Origin: Eledone cirrhosa
Taxonomy: Eukaryota
Assembly (NCBI GenBank): GCA_964016885.1
Contig: OZ024753.1
Span: 6,634,001 to 6,698,000 of the forward strand
DNA length: 64,000 nt
Reading direction: 5' to 3'
Part shown: piece after piece, positions 13,829-27,129 of the stretch
How positions within the stretch are numbered: the stretch's first letter is position 1
How the letters are laid out: the number at the start of each line of letters is the position of its first letter
Notes under the pieces: model-generated
What the model was told of the DNA's origin: nothing
Database searches by the model: none
What the model saw: the letters and a program-made list of their open reading frames with translations, nothing else
Made by a program: the position numbers and the translations under genes

Positions 13829-14612
13829 CTATTGAGAAACTATTTTTGTTTTTTTAGTCGTATTATAATGTTGGTACTTCTATAATTTGTAACTATTTCT
13901 GCATGAATATATCAATACATAGTTGATATTTCACCTTATTACAGCGCTAACTAATTTCATGAATATAAAATAATTACTCAGACACTCGCCTCGATGTTTT
14001 ATTTAATTTTTCAACCGACACAATTTTCACTAATTTCTCTGAATAACATAATGGCTATCACAACAAAACCGTCTACTAATTTTAATTTAGAATGAAATCA
14101 GCGTAGAATTTGCTGTTAAATATATCAAATAAAAATGAACATAAAATTAAATATATTTAAGAACAAAGAAAATCTATCCGTCTGTGTTTTATTCAATTAC
14201 TTTCTAAATATATCATTTAGGTTTATTTGGGACTTGTTATTGTGCAAATATGACATATAGGAAGCAGTCAGAATGAATTTCACATATTACTGTATTTTTT
14301 GGCTCTTTTCTCATTAGATATTACTAATTTAATGTTCACGGGGAGGAAATTGGTGCGCTATGTGTCTGTTATGTAAATACTTCTATGTGAGCTTAATCAT
14401 CCTGTTTCTTTTATCTTCCTACAGACAGAAATGGAAGTTCGTGAAACATTAACGAACAAAATCTTTCCGTCGAGACATTTGCTGTCTGTGTGTCGCAACA
14501 ATATCCTCTTTGTCATATGCTACCAGAAAGCAAACTGGTTTCATATAACGAACACGAAATCTAATTGTCTGTAGTTGGTTTAAATGAATAGGGCATAATT
14601 GCTAGCATTAAA

Positions 14613-14800
14613 TGGTGGATTGACAGTTTCGGTAGAGGGTCGGACGCCATGCTTTGCAGCATAGAGTTACGGCCCTTGCCATTATGAGTTCAAATCCCGC
14701 CGAGGTTAACTTTGCCTTTCATCCTTACGGGGTCGATAAAATATAGTACCAGTAATGCACTGGTTAATTGCTGGTCTTGTGCCAAAAATAGAAACAATTA
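14613..14800 (+). mobile_element. SINE copy
   Basis: B box GAGTTCAAATCC, core and tail. Confidence 0.85.
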
Positions 14801-14989
14801 AATGAGAAGCAATTCCTAAGTTAGATGTTTTTCTGGGAAGCTATCTCTAAGGTGTGGAGTCGGTCAACGTCTCAACTACCCCTTTTTTTCTTTCGTTGTC
14901 TAATAATCATTGCTCCTTCCCCCCGTTTACTCTCATTTATAGCATTTATAGTCCTTTCCTATACTACTTTCTATTACTATATGTTTGAC

Positions 14990-15485
14990 TAAATATTAAA
15001 TTCTTTAAATTGCCCATATCCCTGGCTTTAATAGTAACGGTAATATGTTGGTTGATGTTTCTTCATTTGTCAATGTGTTTTTTGGAATGAGGATGCGTGT
15101 GTTGAGGTGTTCTTTAATGCTAGTGTGGATTGCTCGAGTCGTGAACAATTTAATCCTTTCGACTGGGCATATCCGGCCAGAATTCTCTCATCTCTTTCTG
15201 TTTAAACCGGCTGTAACTGGCCATTTATACTGATGTTAAGGTATTATTCTAAAAAAAATAATATCAAGATCTCATAAATTCGATATTATGTGAGATAATT
15301 ATGTAAAGTAAAGCCTTTACCATGAAAATACAATAGTAAATATAGAGTAATGTAAATGCTAAAGGGATAATAGTAACGGTAATATGTTGGTTGATATTTC
15401 TACATTTTTCAATGTGTTTTTTTTGAATGATGATGCGTGTGTTGAGGTGTTCTTTAATCTTAATGTGGAGTGCTCGAATCGTGAA
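14990..15485 (-). mobile_element. Two Penelope-like GIY-YIG endonuclease fragments (14990-15146, 15365-15485)
   Basis: Minus translations TTRAIHTSIKEHLNTR... and TIRALHIKIKEHLNTR...KHIEKC match the T.R.L..R.KEH motif of PLE GIY-YIG; IKARDMGNLK follows downstream. Confidence 0.65.
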
Positions 15486-15644
15486 TATCTTTAAGTAATT
15501 TTATAGTGCTGCACTCTCTAATAAAGATGTTATGTATTTTTGTATTTAAAGATACGCGGAATACGTAGAATAAGGCCCAGAGTAATTGCAGAATTATTCA
15601 GAAACAAATCCAACAGAATTTGGTTATAAATGAATAGAATATAA

Positions 15645-15765
15645 CTGTTTCTACTTTAGGCACAAAGCCACAATTATCCCAGTGCATTACTGGTACTTTA
15701 TTTTATTGACCTCGTAAGGATGAAAGGCAAAGTTAACCTCGGCGGGATTTGAATTCAGACCATAA
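15645..15765 (-). mobile_element. 5'-truncated SINE copy
   Basis: Tail and core up to the B box. Confidence 0.8.
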
Positions 15766-15887
15766 AATAGAATATCACGTTATTCAAACAACGAGAAGCT
15801 ATATGAGTAACAAGAAATTATAGAATTATAAACAGAATGCAAGAAATTCAATACAGTGTAATCTTTATTGTAAGCAAATATCTGTAA

Positions 15888-16212
15888 CAGGGGTCCCCAA
15901 CCTTTTGGGTCTGCGGACCGGATAGCCATGCAACAGTGGCTCCGCGGGCCGGATGCGCAATTAATACTACTTATATACAAATAAGTAGTCATTTATTTAT
16001 CCCTTATGTTAGATTTGAAACAAAATTCAATATTGATACTTAGAGCGCTGTCCCACGGAGGAAAATACATTTAAACGTTTTATTCGGCAATATCGATAGA
16101 TCGGGTGCGAATTTATTGCAAACTGTACCCTTTTTAGAAACCTCGCGGACAGGGTAAAGGCCTTCGTGGGCCAGATTGAAACCCTTCGCGGGCCGGGGAT
16201 TGAGGATCACTG
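15888..16212. mobile_element. hAT-type MITE
   Basis: Imperfect TIR CAGGGGTCCCCAA / TTGAGGATCACTG, subterminal GCGGGCCGG motifs, 8-bp TSD ATCTGTAA/ATCTATAA. Confidence 0.8.
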
Positions 16213-16329
16213 ATCTATAACATATATAGAGGTCTAAATGAGTATGTATTATACTGCTTGGAATCATGACTGATTTAGGGTAGAGTCATGGCACATCTAT
16301 ATATAAATTTCTGCGATTTTGTCACAACA

Positions 16330-17220
16330 CGGGGTCGATAAAATAAAGCACCAGTGATGCACTGGGGTCGATTTAATCGACTTTCTCCTCTCCACAAAAT
16401 TGCTAGCCTTGGATTATCGGGAGAATCGGACATCTTGCTTTGCAGCAGAGAGTTACGGTCCTGTACGGTCGGAATTCAAATCCCGCCGAGCTTAACTGCC
16501 TTTCATCCTTACGGGGTAAATAAAATAAAGTACCAGTAATATACTGGTTCGATTTAATCGACTTTCCTCACCCCCCAAATTACTGGCCTTGTGCCTATCC
16601 TAGAAACCATTATTTAATGCAATGTTAGTAGATTAAAAGTATAGGAGTATTGGAAAACATGCTCTGTGGCATAGAGATACATCCCATTACGTTCTCAGTT
16701 CAAATCACGCCGATGTTAGCTTTGTCTTTCATATATAAGGGGTTGATAAAATAAAGCACCAGTAACACACTGGGGTCGATTTAGTTCACATTCCTCTCCC
16801 CCCAAAATTGTTCAACTTGTGCCTCAATCAGAAACTATTATTATTAGATATAATATTCAATAAAGCAATTATTTACCGCTCCATAATTTAGAATATCAAT
16901 TTTATTAATTATAAATTAATTACCAAAACGCCTTGATCTCCAATATTTTCTAATCATGTTCTATCCCACAAACTTTATATTTAACTTTCTTGTAGTTTTA
17001 TTTAGATCGAATTGCAAAACAGCAGACATTATATAATCTACGTAATAATTATTGATTATTAACAATTATTTAATTGCATATAGTTATAGCCCTTTACGTT
17101 CTGAGTTCGAATTCCGCCGAAATTAACTTTGCCTTTCATCCTTACGGGTTCGATAAAATAAAGTACCAGTAACGTACTGGGATAATTGCTGGCCTTGTGC
17201 CAAAAGTAGAAACAATTATT
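16330..17220 (+). mobile_element. SINE cluster (several full and partial copies)
   Basis: Repeated core GGGGTCGATAAAATAAAG(T/C)ACCAG at ~16331, 16513, 16739 and 17146. Confidence 0.8.
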
Positions 17221-17744
17221 TAATGTCCTTCATACCTTCTAAAAATAACTGGCAATGGATCGTCAGAAACGCTACAGCAGAGGTTCTTAAACTTTTGGGG
17301 GCCACTGCACCCTTCCCGGCCACGTAATACCATCAATGCCCCCACCCCTATTTTAAGAGAGACTTGCCGACATGCAAATTGTAAATAATATATAATAACT
17401 TAAATCCTTAACTTATAAACAAGATGGTGTAGAACAAAACAAACGAGACAAAATAAAAACTCATTCACTGAAGAGGTCACAGAATGTGTGACGAAAGAGA
17501 TTTGACAATATATAAACAACCATCCAGTTACCAAACCAACCAACCGGAAATTTATAATAAATTGAAGTGAAAACAACAGGTGCGTGTGTTTTTATTGGTA
17601 GCATGACCCGCCGAAAATATAACAATAAATAATATAATATATACTACGTCTACATAAATATTATATATCTTTTATTTTATTATATTTATATATAATATGT
17701 ATCATTTGATATTTACAATGCTAGGTGCTTTTTCCGTGTCTTTT

Positions 17745-18435
17745 ACACGACCACTTCAAAGTGTGGACTGGGTGCTTTTTGTCGTGACACATACACGACC
17801 ACTTTACAGTGTGGACTGGGTGCTTTTGTCGTGACACCTACACGACCACTTTACAGTGTGGACTGGGTGCTTTTTGTCGTGACACCTACACGACCACTTT
17901 GCAGTGTGGACGGGTGATTTTTGTCGTGACACCTACACGACCACTTTGCAGTGTGGACGGGTGCTTTTTGTCGTGACACCTACACGACCACTTTGCAGTG
18001 TGGACGGGTGATTTTTGTCGTGACACCTACACGACCACTTTGCAGTGTGGACGGGTGATTTTTGTCGTGACACCTACACGACCACTTTACAGTGTGGGCT
18101 GGGTGCCTCTCGTCGTGACACATACACGACCTCTTTACAGTGTGGGTTGGATCTTTTTTGTCGTGATACCTACACGAACACTTTACAGTGTGGACTGGGT
18201 GATTTTTGTCGTGACACCTACACGACCACTTTACAGTGTAGGTTGGGTGCTTTTTGTCGTGATACCTACACGACCACTTTACAGTGTCGGCTGGGTGCTT
18301 TTTGTCGTGACACCTACACGACCACTTTACAGTGTAGGTTGGGTCTTTTTTGTCGTGATACCTACACGACCACTTTACAGTGTGGACTGGGTGCTTTTGT
18401 CGTGACACCTACACGACCACTTTACAGTGTGGGCT
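17745..18435. repeat. 48-bp minisatellite, ~14 copies
   Basis: Unit CACGACCACTTTACAGTGTGGACTGGGTGCTTTTTGTCGTGACACCTA with internal dyad CACGAC/GTCGTG. Confidence 0.95.
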
Positions 18436-18474
18436 GAATAATGTGCGCTATAATTTACATACTAATCATTATGT

Positions 18475-18905
18475 GGTTACCGGTTTGTCTTAGATGGTTT
18501 ACCGGTTTGTCTTAGATGGTTTACCGGTTTGTCTTAGATGGTTTACCGGTTTGTCTTAGATGGTTTACCGGTTTGTCTTAGATGGTTTACCGGTTTGTCT
18601 TAGATGGTTTACCGGTTTGTCTTAGATGGTTTACCGGTTTGTCTTAGATGGTTTACAGGTTTGTCTTAGATGGTTTACAGGTTTGTCTTAGATGGTTTAC
18701 AGGTTTGTCTTAGATGGTTTACAGGTTTGTCTTAGATGGTTTACAGGTTTGTCTTAGATGGTTTACCGGTTTGTCTTAAATGGTTTACCGGTTTGTCTTA
18801 AATGGTTTACCGGTTTGTCTTAAATGGTTTACCGGTTTGTCTTAGGTGGTTTACCGGTTTGTCTTAGGTGGTTTGCCGGTTTATCTTGGTGGTTTATCGG
18901 TTTGC
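18475..18905. repeat. 22-bp minisatellite, ~19 copies
   Basis: Unit CGGTTTGTCTTAGATGGTTTAC, with block-wise variants. Confidence 0.95.
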
Positions 18906-19294
18906 TCCTGGCTGCTTATATTTAGATGACATCTGATATTTGTGGGAGGAAGATATAGAGATATTTAAAACTTGGTCAATGTGCATGCGAGAGGTCATAC
19001 TTCGCAAGATATACCCACATAGCAGGCATGTTATCATAAACAGCTGTTTAATATTGGTACTCAAATGTAATATGATTTTATAAATAGCACCCCACCCACT
19101 CATCGGATAATATGTTAGAGCAGAGTTTCTCAAAGTGCCCCACCCCCCGAGGGCGTTGAGAAGGTCTAGGGGAGGAGGGGGGCTGCGGCAGAGATAATAT
19201 AATAGTATATTAAATATCCAATGATACATATTATATATAAATATAGTGAAATAAAAAACATAATATTTATTTATACGTAGACTATATTATATTA

Positions 19295-20209
19295 TCTATA
19301 TATATAAAACTGTGGTTGTCTGTCTGTCTATCGATTTTTGGCACACATCTCCTCTTAGAATCTCTCACGGAATTGCACCGAAATTGCTATACTTGTACAT
19401 TGAGCCCTAGCGAAGACATCGGAAAAAAAAATATTTCAAATTGACCCACCCTATGTGACGAAATCGAATATAATGTATCGATTTTTGAGCGTAAGTTATC
19501 AGTTATTTCCCTTTGTTCTGTTTACATTGAGCGTCTTACGTAAAAAATTACGCTGGCTTTAACAGTTGTCGAGCCAGCAAAATATTGACCTGCAAAATTC
19601 ATCAGTTCGAACACTAAGCTTCCGTTTTGCTTCATTTCCATTTAAAAGCATTTTAAAACAATATTTTTGCTTGAAAACAAGTCTATTTAAAGACTCCGTA
19701 AAACAAGCAAATATTTCGTCGTTAGGCGTGCAGACAGACAGTCGTGCAGACAGACAGTCGTGCAGAGAGGTGATATAGGCGTGCAGACAGACAGTCGTGC
19801 AGAGAGGTGATATAGGCGTGCAGACAGACAGTCGTGCAGAGAGGTGATATAGGCGTGCAGACAGACAGTCGTGCAGAGAGGTGATATAGGCGTGCAAACA
19901 GACATAACTGATAATTTGGTTACGCTAATGTTTTTCTCTGCGTTGCAGTGTTTACATTTTCGATCTTTGTTAATAAATAACCAGTGCAGTTTTTATCCCC
20001 AGCATCCTCTTTTGTTATAACATTCGGGTTATCGTTATGTTTTCTTAACTTCATAAGGCATATTGTTGGTTGAGGGAATATTAATCAAAAACACCACATG
20101 CAAGTCTGCACAGTAGACACTACAGTTTTTAAGCCAAAAAAGAAACTTAACATTGTAACTTTAACACAGCTCCTGAGCGACCCCGAGCAACGCCGGGCTT
20201 TACTGCTAG
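19295..20209 (+). mobile_element. Non-autonomous Helitron containing a 37-bp tandem repeat (19723-19905)
   Basis: 5' A|TCTATATATATAAAAC, (GTCT)n, 3' CCCGAGCAACGCCGGG hairpin then CTAG|T; same termini as 10100-10335. Confidence 0.8.
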
Positions 20210-21613
20210 TATATTATATATAAATTAACGATTTCATTTAGTATATATTATTTAAAATTTGCGTGTAGGCAGGTCTCCCTGGAAATAGGGTTGGGGCCGT
20301 GAGGGGGCGGTGCTGGTCCAAAATGTTTGAGAATATCTGGTATATATTATATTATTTATTATATATAAATTAACAATTTTATTTATTAAAATGTGCATGT
20401 AGGCAGGTCTCTCTTGAAATAAGGTTGGGGCCCTGAGGATATTTCGTGGCCGTGAGGGGGCGGTGGTGGCCCAAAATGTTTGAGAACATCTGGTATATAT
20501 TATATCATTTATTATATATTATTTACATGTAGGCAGATCTCTCTGGAAATAGGGTTGGCGGGCGTTGAGGGTATTACGTGGCTTTGAGGGGGTAGGTGGC
20601 CTAAAATGTTTGAGAACATCTGTGTTAGAATAATAGCAACCCAAAATAAGAATGTATTCTTAGAATCAGTGTCTGAGACACTCCACAGGCCATGAATTTA
20701 ATTGCTAATTGAAGGATATTCAATAGCATCTCACGCCTATTTTGCATTTGCAAACATATATTTGTGATGTAGAAAATAAACATATCCAGTACAAAATTTA
20801 AATACAAGAAACCTAACCACTCATCGTAATTTTAAAAATATCGACGTTGTTATAAAAATTATAGCATGCATTTCATAGAATTCAAAGTAGAATATCAAAC
20901 GAATGCAATCTTTAGATGTCAGCATTTGAAATTTAATGAAACACGCACCTCATATTAATCGATTATAAACAACATATCAGTAACATGTATTTGCATGCAT
21001 ATAATTAGTTGACTCGATGCTAAAAATGTTCCGTTCGAAATATTTATTACATATCGAAGCCAGTAACTATATTTTACAACAAATAAGGCCCCGAAATCCA
21101 ACGAAACATTGAGTGCAGTAAACCATTGGTTAATGTAAATATTATTCAATGGCATTATAGGAGATAAAAAAGACAGGAAATCGAAATGAAAATAACTGAA
21201 TTATGTACATATATAATTAGAGAATATAATAAACAATCAATAGGAACATGTTGAAAGTTGACTAATCATGTTGATATAACAGATGCCCACCTCATCTCCA
21301 TCCGGATAAAAATGATGTGATCTTCCATTTATTGTCGTCGTTTCTGATCAATAGGTCCGATAGACCACAGAAACTATAGAAATTATTAGGAAATCGAGAC
21401 ATGTTCAAGATCATTAAAAAAATTAATAACCATTACCGAGACTGCAAAAATAAGGCGGTAACAACTACAAACGATTAATGAACAGAATTAAAAAGACATG
21501 CGGTTAAAGGAATGTTTAATAGCTTAAATAGGGTGCGTTAACCCACAGATATCGACTCAAGACGAAATTGTTTTTTCACAGTAATTTGTTACAAAATAGA
21601 CTAGACATTAAAG

Positions 21614-21745
21614 CACAGGTTCTCAAACTTTTGGGGCCAGGGCCCGCTCACACCTATGTATATACCATCAACACCCTCAACCTTATGTCCAGAGAGACCT
21701 ACCTACATACAAATTGTAAATAATATATAATAAATAAATTCGTTA
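21614..21745 (+). mobile_element. Solo end of the hAT-like family seen at 17278
   Basis: CACAGGTTCTCAAACTTTTGGGGCC...GAGAGACCTACCTACATACAAATTG is similar to 17278-17390. Confidence 0.55.
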
Positions 21746-22041
21746 ATTCATATATAATAAAAAAAAAATATAATATATACTAGGTATAATTAAATATGTA
21801 TCTTACTATATTTATATATATATATATGTATCGTTATATATCTACCACCCATACCACACACTTAGTCCACAGCAACCACCACCACCACCACAAGCGTCCA
21901 TGTTATCTGCTATTTTTCATGTTTTCCACATCAGTTACCTTATATAAATATTAATGCTTGTGCTTATCTCCCATATTATGTATCCTCCGAATGTTCTTGT
22001 GATAAAGTTGTTATCTTATATTTGTGATTAACTTTTGTTAT

Positions 22042-22090
22042 TAACTCCGATGAAACCGGCATTGTGCTAAGATGAAACGATCGGCAGTTA
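22042..22090 (+). ncRNA. Degenerate type I hammerhead ribozyme
   Basis: TAACT-CCGATGA-...-GAAAC-GATC-GGC-AGTTA: stem I intact, core U4>C and GUC>GGC. Confidence 0.5.
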
Positions 22091-22388
22091 TTAACTGTTT
22101 GAAATACTAAACACTCTTTCATTATTATTTACATTGTATATATATGTGTGTGTGTGTGTGTATGTGTGTTTATGTATGTGTGTATATATATATGTCTGCG
22201 TGTGTGTGTATGTGAGTTTATGTATGTATGTGTATATATATATATATGTGTGCGTGTGTGTGTATGTATGTTTATGTATGTATGTGTGTGTGTTTATGTA
22301 TGTGTGTGTATACACATATGGGTGTGTGTGTGTATGTATGTGTATATATATATATGCGTGTATATATATGTGTGTATGTATGTGTACT

Positions 22389-22421
<33 letters not shown>

Positions 22422-22599
22422 ATTCATACATAAACACACATACACACACATATATATATATATGCACATACAGCCCATTAAGTTGAGCACTCTACAGTTT
22501 CAGGATTACATAACTAATAAGCTCTGTAGCCTACATAGAGCACTCTCTTTTCCTGTACATTTCTGACGGAAATACTTCATTTATCTATATATAAGCAGA

Positions 22600-23035
22600 A
22601 GGGATATTCAATTTGTTGGTAATTCAACAAATATAAATGTTTATAACTGATTCAGAGCACTCAACAGTTTCAGGAGTATTATATACAATGATATTATATA
22701 AATGGAAACTATATTTATAAAACTATATTTATTCAATTATATATATTTAAAGGGTACCAAAACTTTGGTATGCTATCATCAGATAAAATACGAAGTGTGT
22801 ATTATAAATTTTGACATAACCAAGGAGAATATACCTTAACGGTTCAAGTTATCCCAGGTTATCAAGAGATAACTTGAACCGTTAAGGTATATTCTCCTTG
22901 GTTATGTCAACATTTATAATACACACTTCGTATTTTATCTGATGATAGCGTACCAAAGTGTTGGTACCCTTTAAATATATATAATTGAATAAATATGGTT
23001 TTATAAATATAGTTTCCATTTATTTAATACCATTG
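22600..23035. mobile_element. Palindromic (TA)n-associated element, family C, HHR with G12>T in both arms
   Basis: ~170-bp arms (22685-22854 / 22869-23035); each reads CTGATGA...GTACCAA/TTGGTAC...TAAAT-ATAT-ATA; homologous to 28360-28811. Confidence 0.75.
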
Positions 23036-23062
23036 TGTGTGTATATATATATATATATATAT

Positions 23063-23454
23063 AGGAGGAAGTTATAGTTCACTTGAAGCATTGTGTAATG
23101 AGGTATAAACGTTTGAATTTGTAAAGCCAAACAATGCAGGTATGGATATAGAATTAAACAAATGTAAATGCAAAAGATATTGTTGACAATTAGTCTTTTA
23201 CCTTAGATTTATTTAAATGTTCTTAATTTTCGAGATAATATCTGTTCTTCGGAGGGAAGTAAATGGCAAGCTATTTGGAACAGTGGTTTAACCGCTTTAC
23301 TTCCCTCCGAAGAAGAGATATTATCTCGAAAATTAGGGACATTTAAGTAAATCTAAGGTAAAAGACTAATTGTCAACAATATCTTTTGCATTTACATTTG
23401 TTTATTCTATATCCATAGCAGCATTGTTTGGCTTTACAAATTCAAACGTTTATA
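23063..23454. mobile_element. Palindromic (TA)n-flanked element, ~160-bp arms, HHR-like motif at 23302-23339
   Basis: 23104-23263 is the reverse complement of 23296-23454; TCCCT-CCGAAGA-AGAGAT/ATCTC-GAAA-ATT-AGGGA. Confidence 0.7.
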
Positions 23455-23464
23455 TATATATATA

Positions 23465-23750
23465 TATTAATAAGAGGAATTCCAACCTTGTCTGATTTAC
23501 TCGTTTTATTTACAATCCTTTAAAATATATATAATGGTATTATAATGAAATAGTATGATAGAATATTAAATTCTAAGTGTTAATTGAACTTAGAATTTAA
23601 TATTCTATCATACTATTTCATTATAATACCATTATATATATTTTAAAGGATTGTAAATAAAACGAGTAAATCAGACAAAGTTGGAATTCCTCTTATTAAT
23701 ATAATCTTCTATACACAATCATACACACCCGTGTATATTTACCTATCTAT
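23465..23750. mobile_element. Palindromic (TA)n-flanked element, family E
   Basis: ~115-bp arms around 23579-23588 plus a unique tail; the right arm and tail match 55520-55680. Confidence 0.8.
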
Positions 23751-23751
23751 A

Positions 23752-23796
<45 letters not shown>

Positions 23797-24482
23797 GGAT
23801 GTTGTCAGTACATGTGTACTGTTTGCTAAACACAATCCGTAAGTGAAACATATACTTATTTGCTATAAATATACAAATAGGAACGAGTTAATGGATATAT
23901 GTAAATTAAACATTTATAACTCCGCCCTGTCACGTTTGCGTGTATCTACTTAATTCGCTTAATTCTTCTCATAACCAACGTTATGAATAGTTTTGCATAA
24001 TTTCACATTCTCAGGTATATACATTAGTTTATTTTTTGAAATAGATTCCTACGTTTATTTAAGCCGACAGGTATGCTTCTCTTATCATACTCGCGCAGCC
24101 GTCCATCTGTGTGTGTGGGGGGTGGTGGGGGGTGTATGTGGTTATGTGTGTGTGTGTATGAGCGTGTGTGTGTGGTTGGTTGTGTGTGTGGTTGTGTGTG
24201 GAGTGTGTTTCCCCCCCACCACCCTCCCCCGCCCTCGCTTTCTTTTCTTCCAGCCATCTCCGCCCTCGCCTTCTGTATATCTATCTATCTCTGTAGCTCT
24301 CTCTCTCTCTCAATATGTATATATACATCCGTATATATACATATATATATATATATATACGTATATAGATATACATATATAATATATATATATATATATA
24401 TACATATACACATTTATATATATACATGCATATACTTACATATATGTACATAAACACATACATACATATATACATATAAATG

Positions 24483-24534
<52 letters not shown>

Positions 24535-24643
24535 TATATACATACACACATATATAATATATTATATATATGTAATCACACATATATAATATATATATAT
24601 ATGTAATCACACACGCATATCTCCGATCTCTCTCTCTATATAT

Positions 24644-24694
<51 letters not shown>

Positions 24695-24994
24695 CAGGCG
24701 AGTATATCCATATTTGTAATAACCTCACGCGGATAGACATAATGAACTGATTTATGGCTCAGACATCGATACGGAGAGGGAGAGAGAGAGAGAGAGATAC
24801 GGGAGATAACTATACTAGAAATGATTTTTTAAATAATTTTTTTCTTCTATTAATCTTATTTTTCCCCAAAACTGTTTATAATTAATAATTCAAGACGTTA
24901 TATGTTTTCTTATATAGTTAATATTCAATAATCTTTAAATCTACAGACGGTCCCGTCTCAGCAAATTGTGCATATATTTAAATTAAAACCGCAG

Positions 24995-25025
<31 letters not shown>

Positions 25026-26227
25026 TGCATATACACAGACACATACATACTCACGTTCACAGAAACACACAGTCACTGAAACACACACACAAACGTTAAC
25101 AGAAATATACAATCACTCACATTATTACACACACACTCTCACACACAAACAAACACACACACACACACACACACGCACACACAAACGTTAACAGAAATAC
25201 ACAATCACTCACACTATTACACACACACACTCACACACAAACACACAGTCACTCAAACACACACACACACATACATATACACACACAGTCTCTCAAATAC
25301 ACACACACACACATACATACACAGTCACTCAAATACACACACAAACGTTAACAGAAATACACAATCACTCACACTATTACACACACACACTCTCACACAC
25401 AAACACAGTCACTCAAACACACATACACACACACAGTCACTCAAATACACACACAAACGTTAACAGAAATACACAATCACTCACACACACACTCTCACAC
25501 ACAACCACACACACAGTCACTCAAACACACACGCACACATACACACACACAGTCACTCAAACACACACACGCACACATACACACACACAGTCACTCAAAT
25601 ACACACACAAACGTTAACAGAAATACACAATCACTCACACCCTCTCACACACAAACACACACACGCACACATACACACACACAGTCACACAAATACACAC
25701 ACAAAAGTTAACAGAAATACACAATCACTCACACACACTATTACACACACACTCTCACACACAACCACACACACAGTCACTCAAACACACACGCACACAT
25801 GCACACACACAGTCACTCAAACACACACACAAAGAAACATTAACAGAAATACACAATCACATACTATTACACACACACTCTCACACAAACACACAGTCAA
25901 TCAAACACACAGTCAATCAAACACACAACAGACACACACAGTCACTCAAATACACACACAAAAGTTAACAGAAATACACAGACACACACTATTACACACA
26001 GACTCAAACACACACAACCACAGTCACTCAAACACACACACACAACCACACACAAACACACAGTCACTCAAACATACACACACACAAGCACTCACACGCA
26101 CACACACGTTCACAGAAACACACAAACACATTAACTCACACACACATTTATATGCTTGTGTGTGTGTATGCGTGCATGTGTGCGTGTGCGTGCATGTATG
26201 TGAGTGTATGTGTGTGTGTGTGCGTGC

Positions 26228-26270
<43 letters not shown>

Positions 26271-26375
26271 TGTGTGCATGCGTGTGTGTGTGTGTGTGTG
26301 TGTATGTGTTTCTGAGGGATACATATAGACACACATATATACACACACACATATATATATATATGAGTGTGTGTG
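24995..26375. repeat. Complex (CA)-rich satellite with recurring GTTAACAGAAATACACAATCACT / CAGTCACTCAAA motifs
   Basis: Direct inspection. Confidence 0.85.
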
Positions 26376-26599
26376 TTTGGTTGGGTGTATATTTAAATAT
26401 TCTAATCATATTTTAAATAGCAACGTGTATACACTATTATATGCTTAACTACACATATGAAAATATATTTCCTGTCATATTTTTTAAGTATAAAATATGG
26501 TTTCGCCCGTCTACAAAACCAAGTTGTTCGGAATTTTCAAAGTCTTCAATACTTAGGATTGTTTACCATGCATTCTTTTCGTGTATTTTGGACAAAAGG

Positions 26600-27055
26600 A
26601 GGGGACATCTTTTACACCTGACACAGAAGTAATGCGATGGTCTCATTCTCTGAATAACGAGGCCCGCTCCAACAGTTATCAATGGACAATGTACAACGCC
26701 CTATTGATACAACAACAACAGCATTAATAGGGCATATGCGGCCATAGACACTGGGCTGGCCCGCTGCACGTGTGAACCTCACGAGATTGTATTGGCTCTT
26801 CCAGCGCTTCTCTCTTGCCGTTCGCCGAGGAAACGTTTTCTCCATTCTGTCCGCCGGCGCTGTGGGGGCGGCCTGCGCATGTGCCCCCATTTGCTCAGAA
26901 TAGTGAGAGAGGGGGAGATGGAGAGAGATGGAGACGATGACAGTTGGAGATCGCCTCCTGTGTTCTGAGCTGGTGTGCGTGAGAGATAGGGAGAGCGAGA
27001 GAGATGGCGATAATGACAGTGAGAGTTCGACTCCTGTGTTAGAGATAGGGAGAGC
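26600..27055. promoter_or_regulatory. GC-rich unique island, possible promoter or first exon
   Basis: Locally high GC/CpG, GC box GGGGGCGG, TGCGCATG and a GA-rich tract in an otherwise very AT-rich window. Confidence 0.3.
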
Positions 27056-27056
27056 G

Positions 27057-27124
<68 letters not shown>

Positions 27125-27129
27125 TTATA

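Larger units (their letters stand above)
17278..20622. mobile_element. Possible large non-autonomous hAT-like element with ~100-bp imperfect TIRs enclosing satellites and a Helitron
   Basis: Left end CAGAGGTTCTTAAAC...GGCCACGTAATACC is complementary to right end GGTATTACGTGGC...GTTTGAGAACATCTG. The right end is triplicated (~20265-20340, 20398-20493, 20528-20622). No TSD found. Confidence 0.45.

Noticed and set aside
14424-14575. Plus-strand exon after a strong acceptor; similar candidates at 40375-40410, 41700-41855 and 47480-47585
   Set aside because: No consistent frame or phase chain and no recognisable protein.
17745-18435. CRISPR-like array of 48-bp dyad repeats
   Set aside because: Units are contiguous with no unique spacers, there are no cas genes, and the context is eukaryotic.
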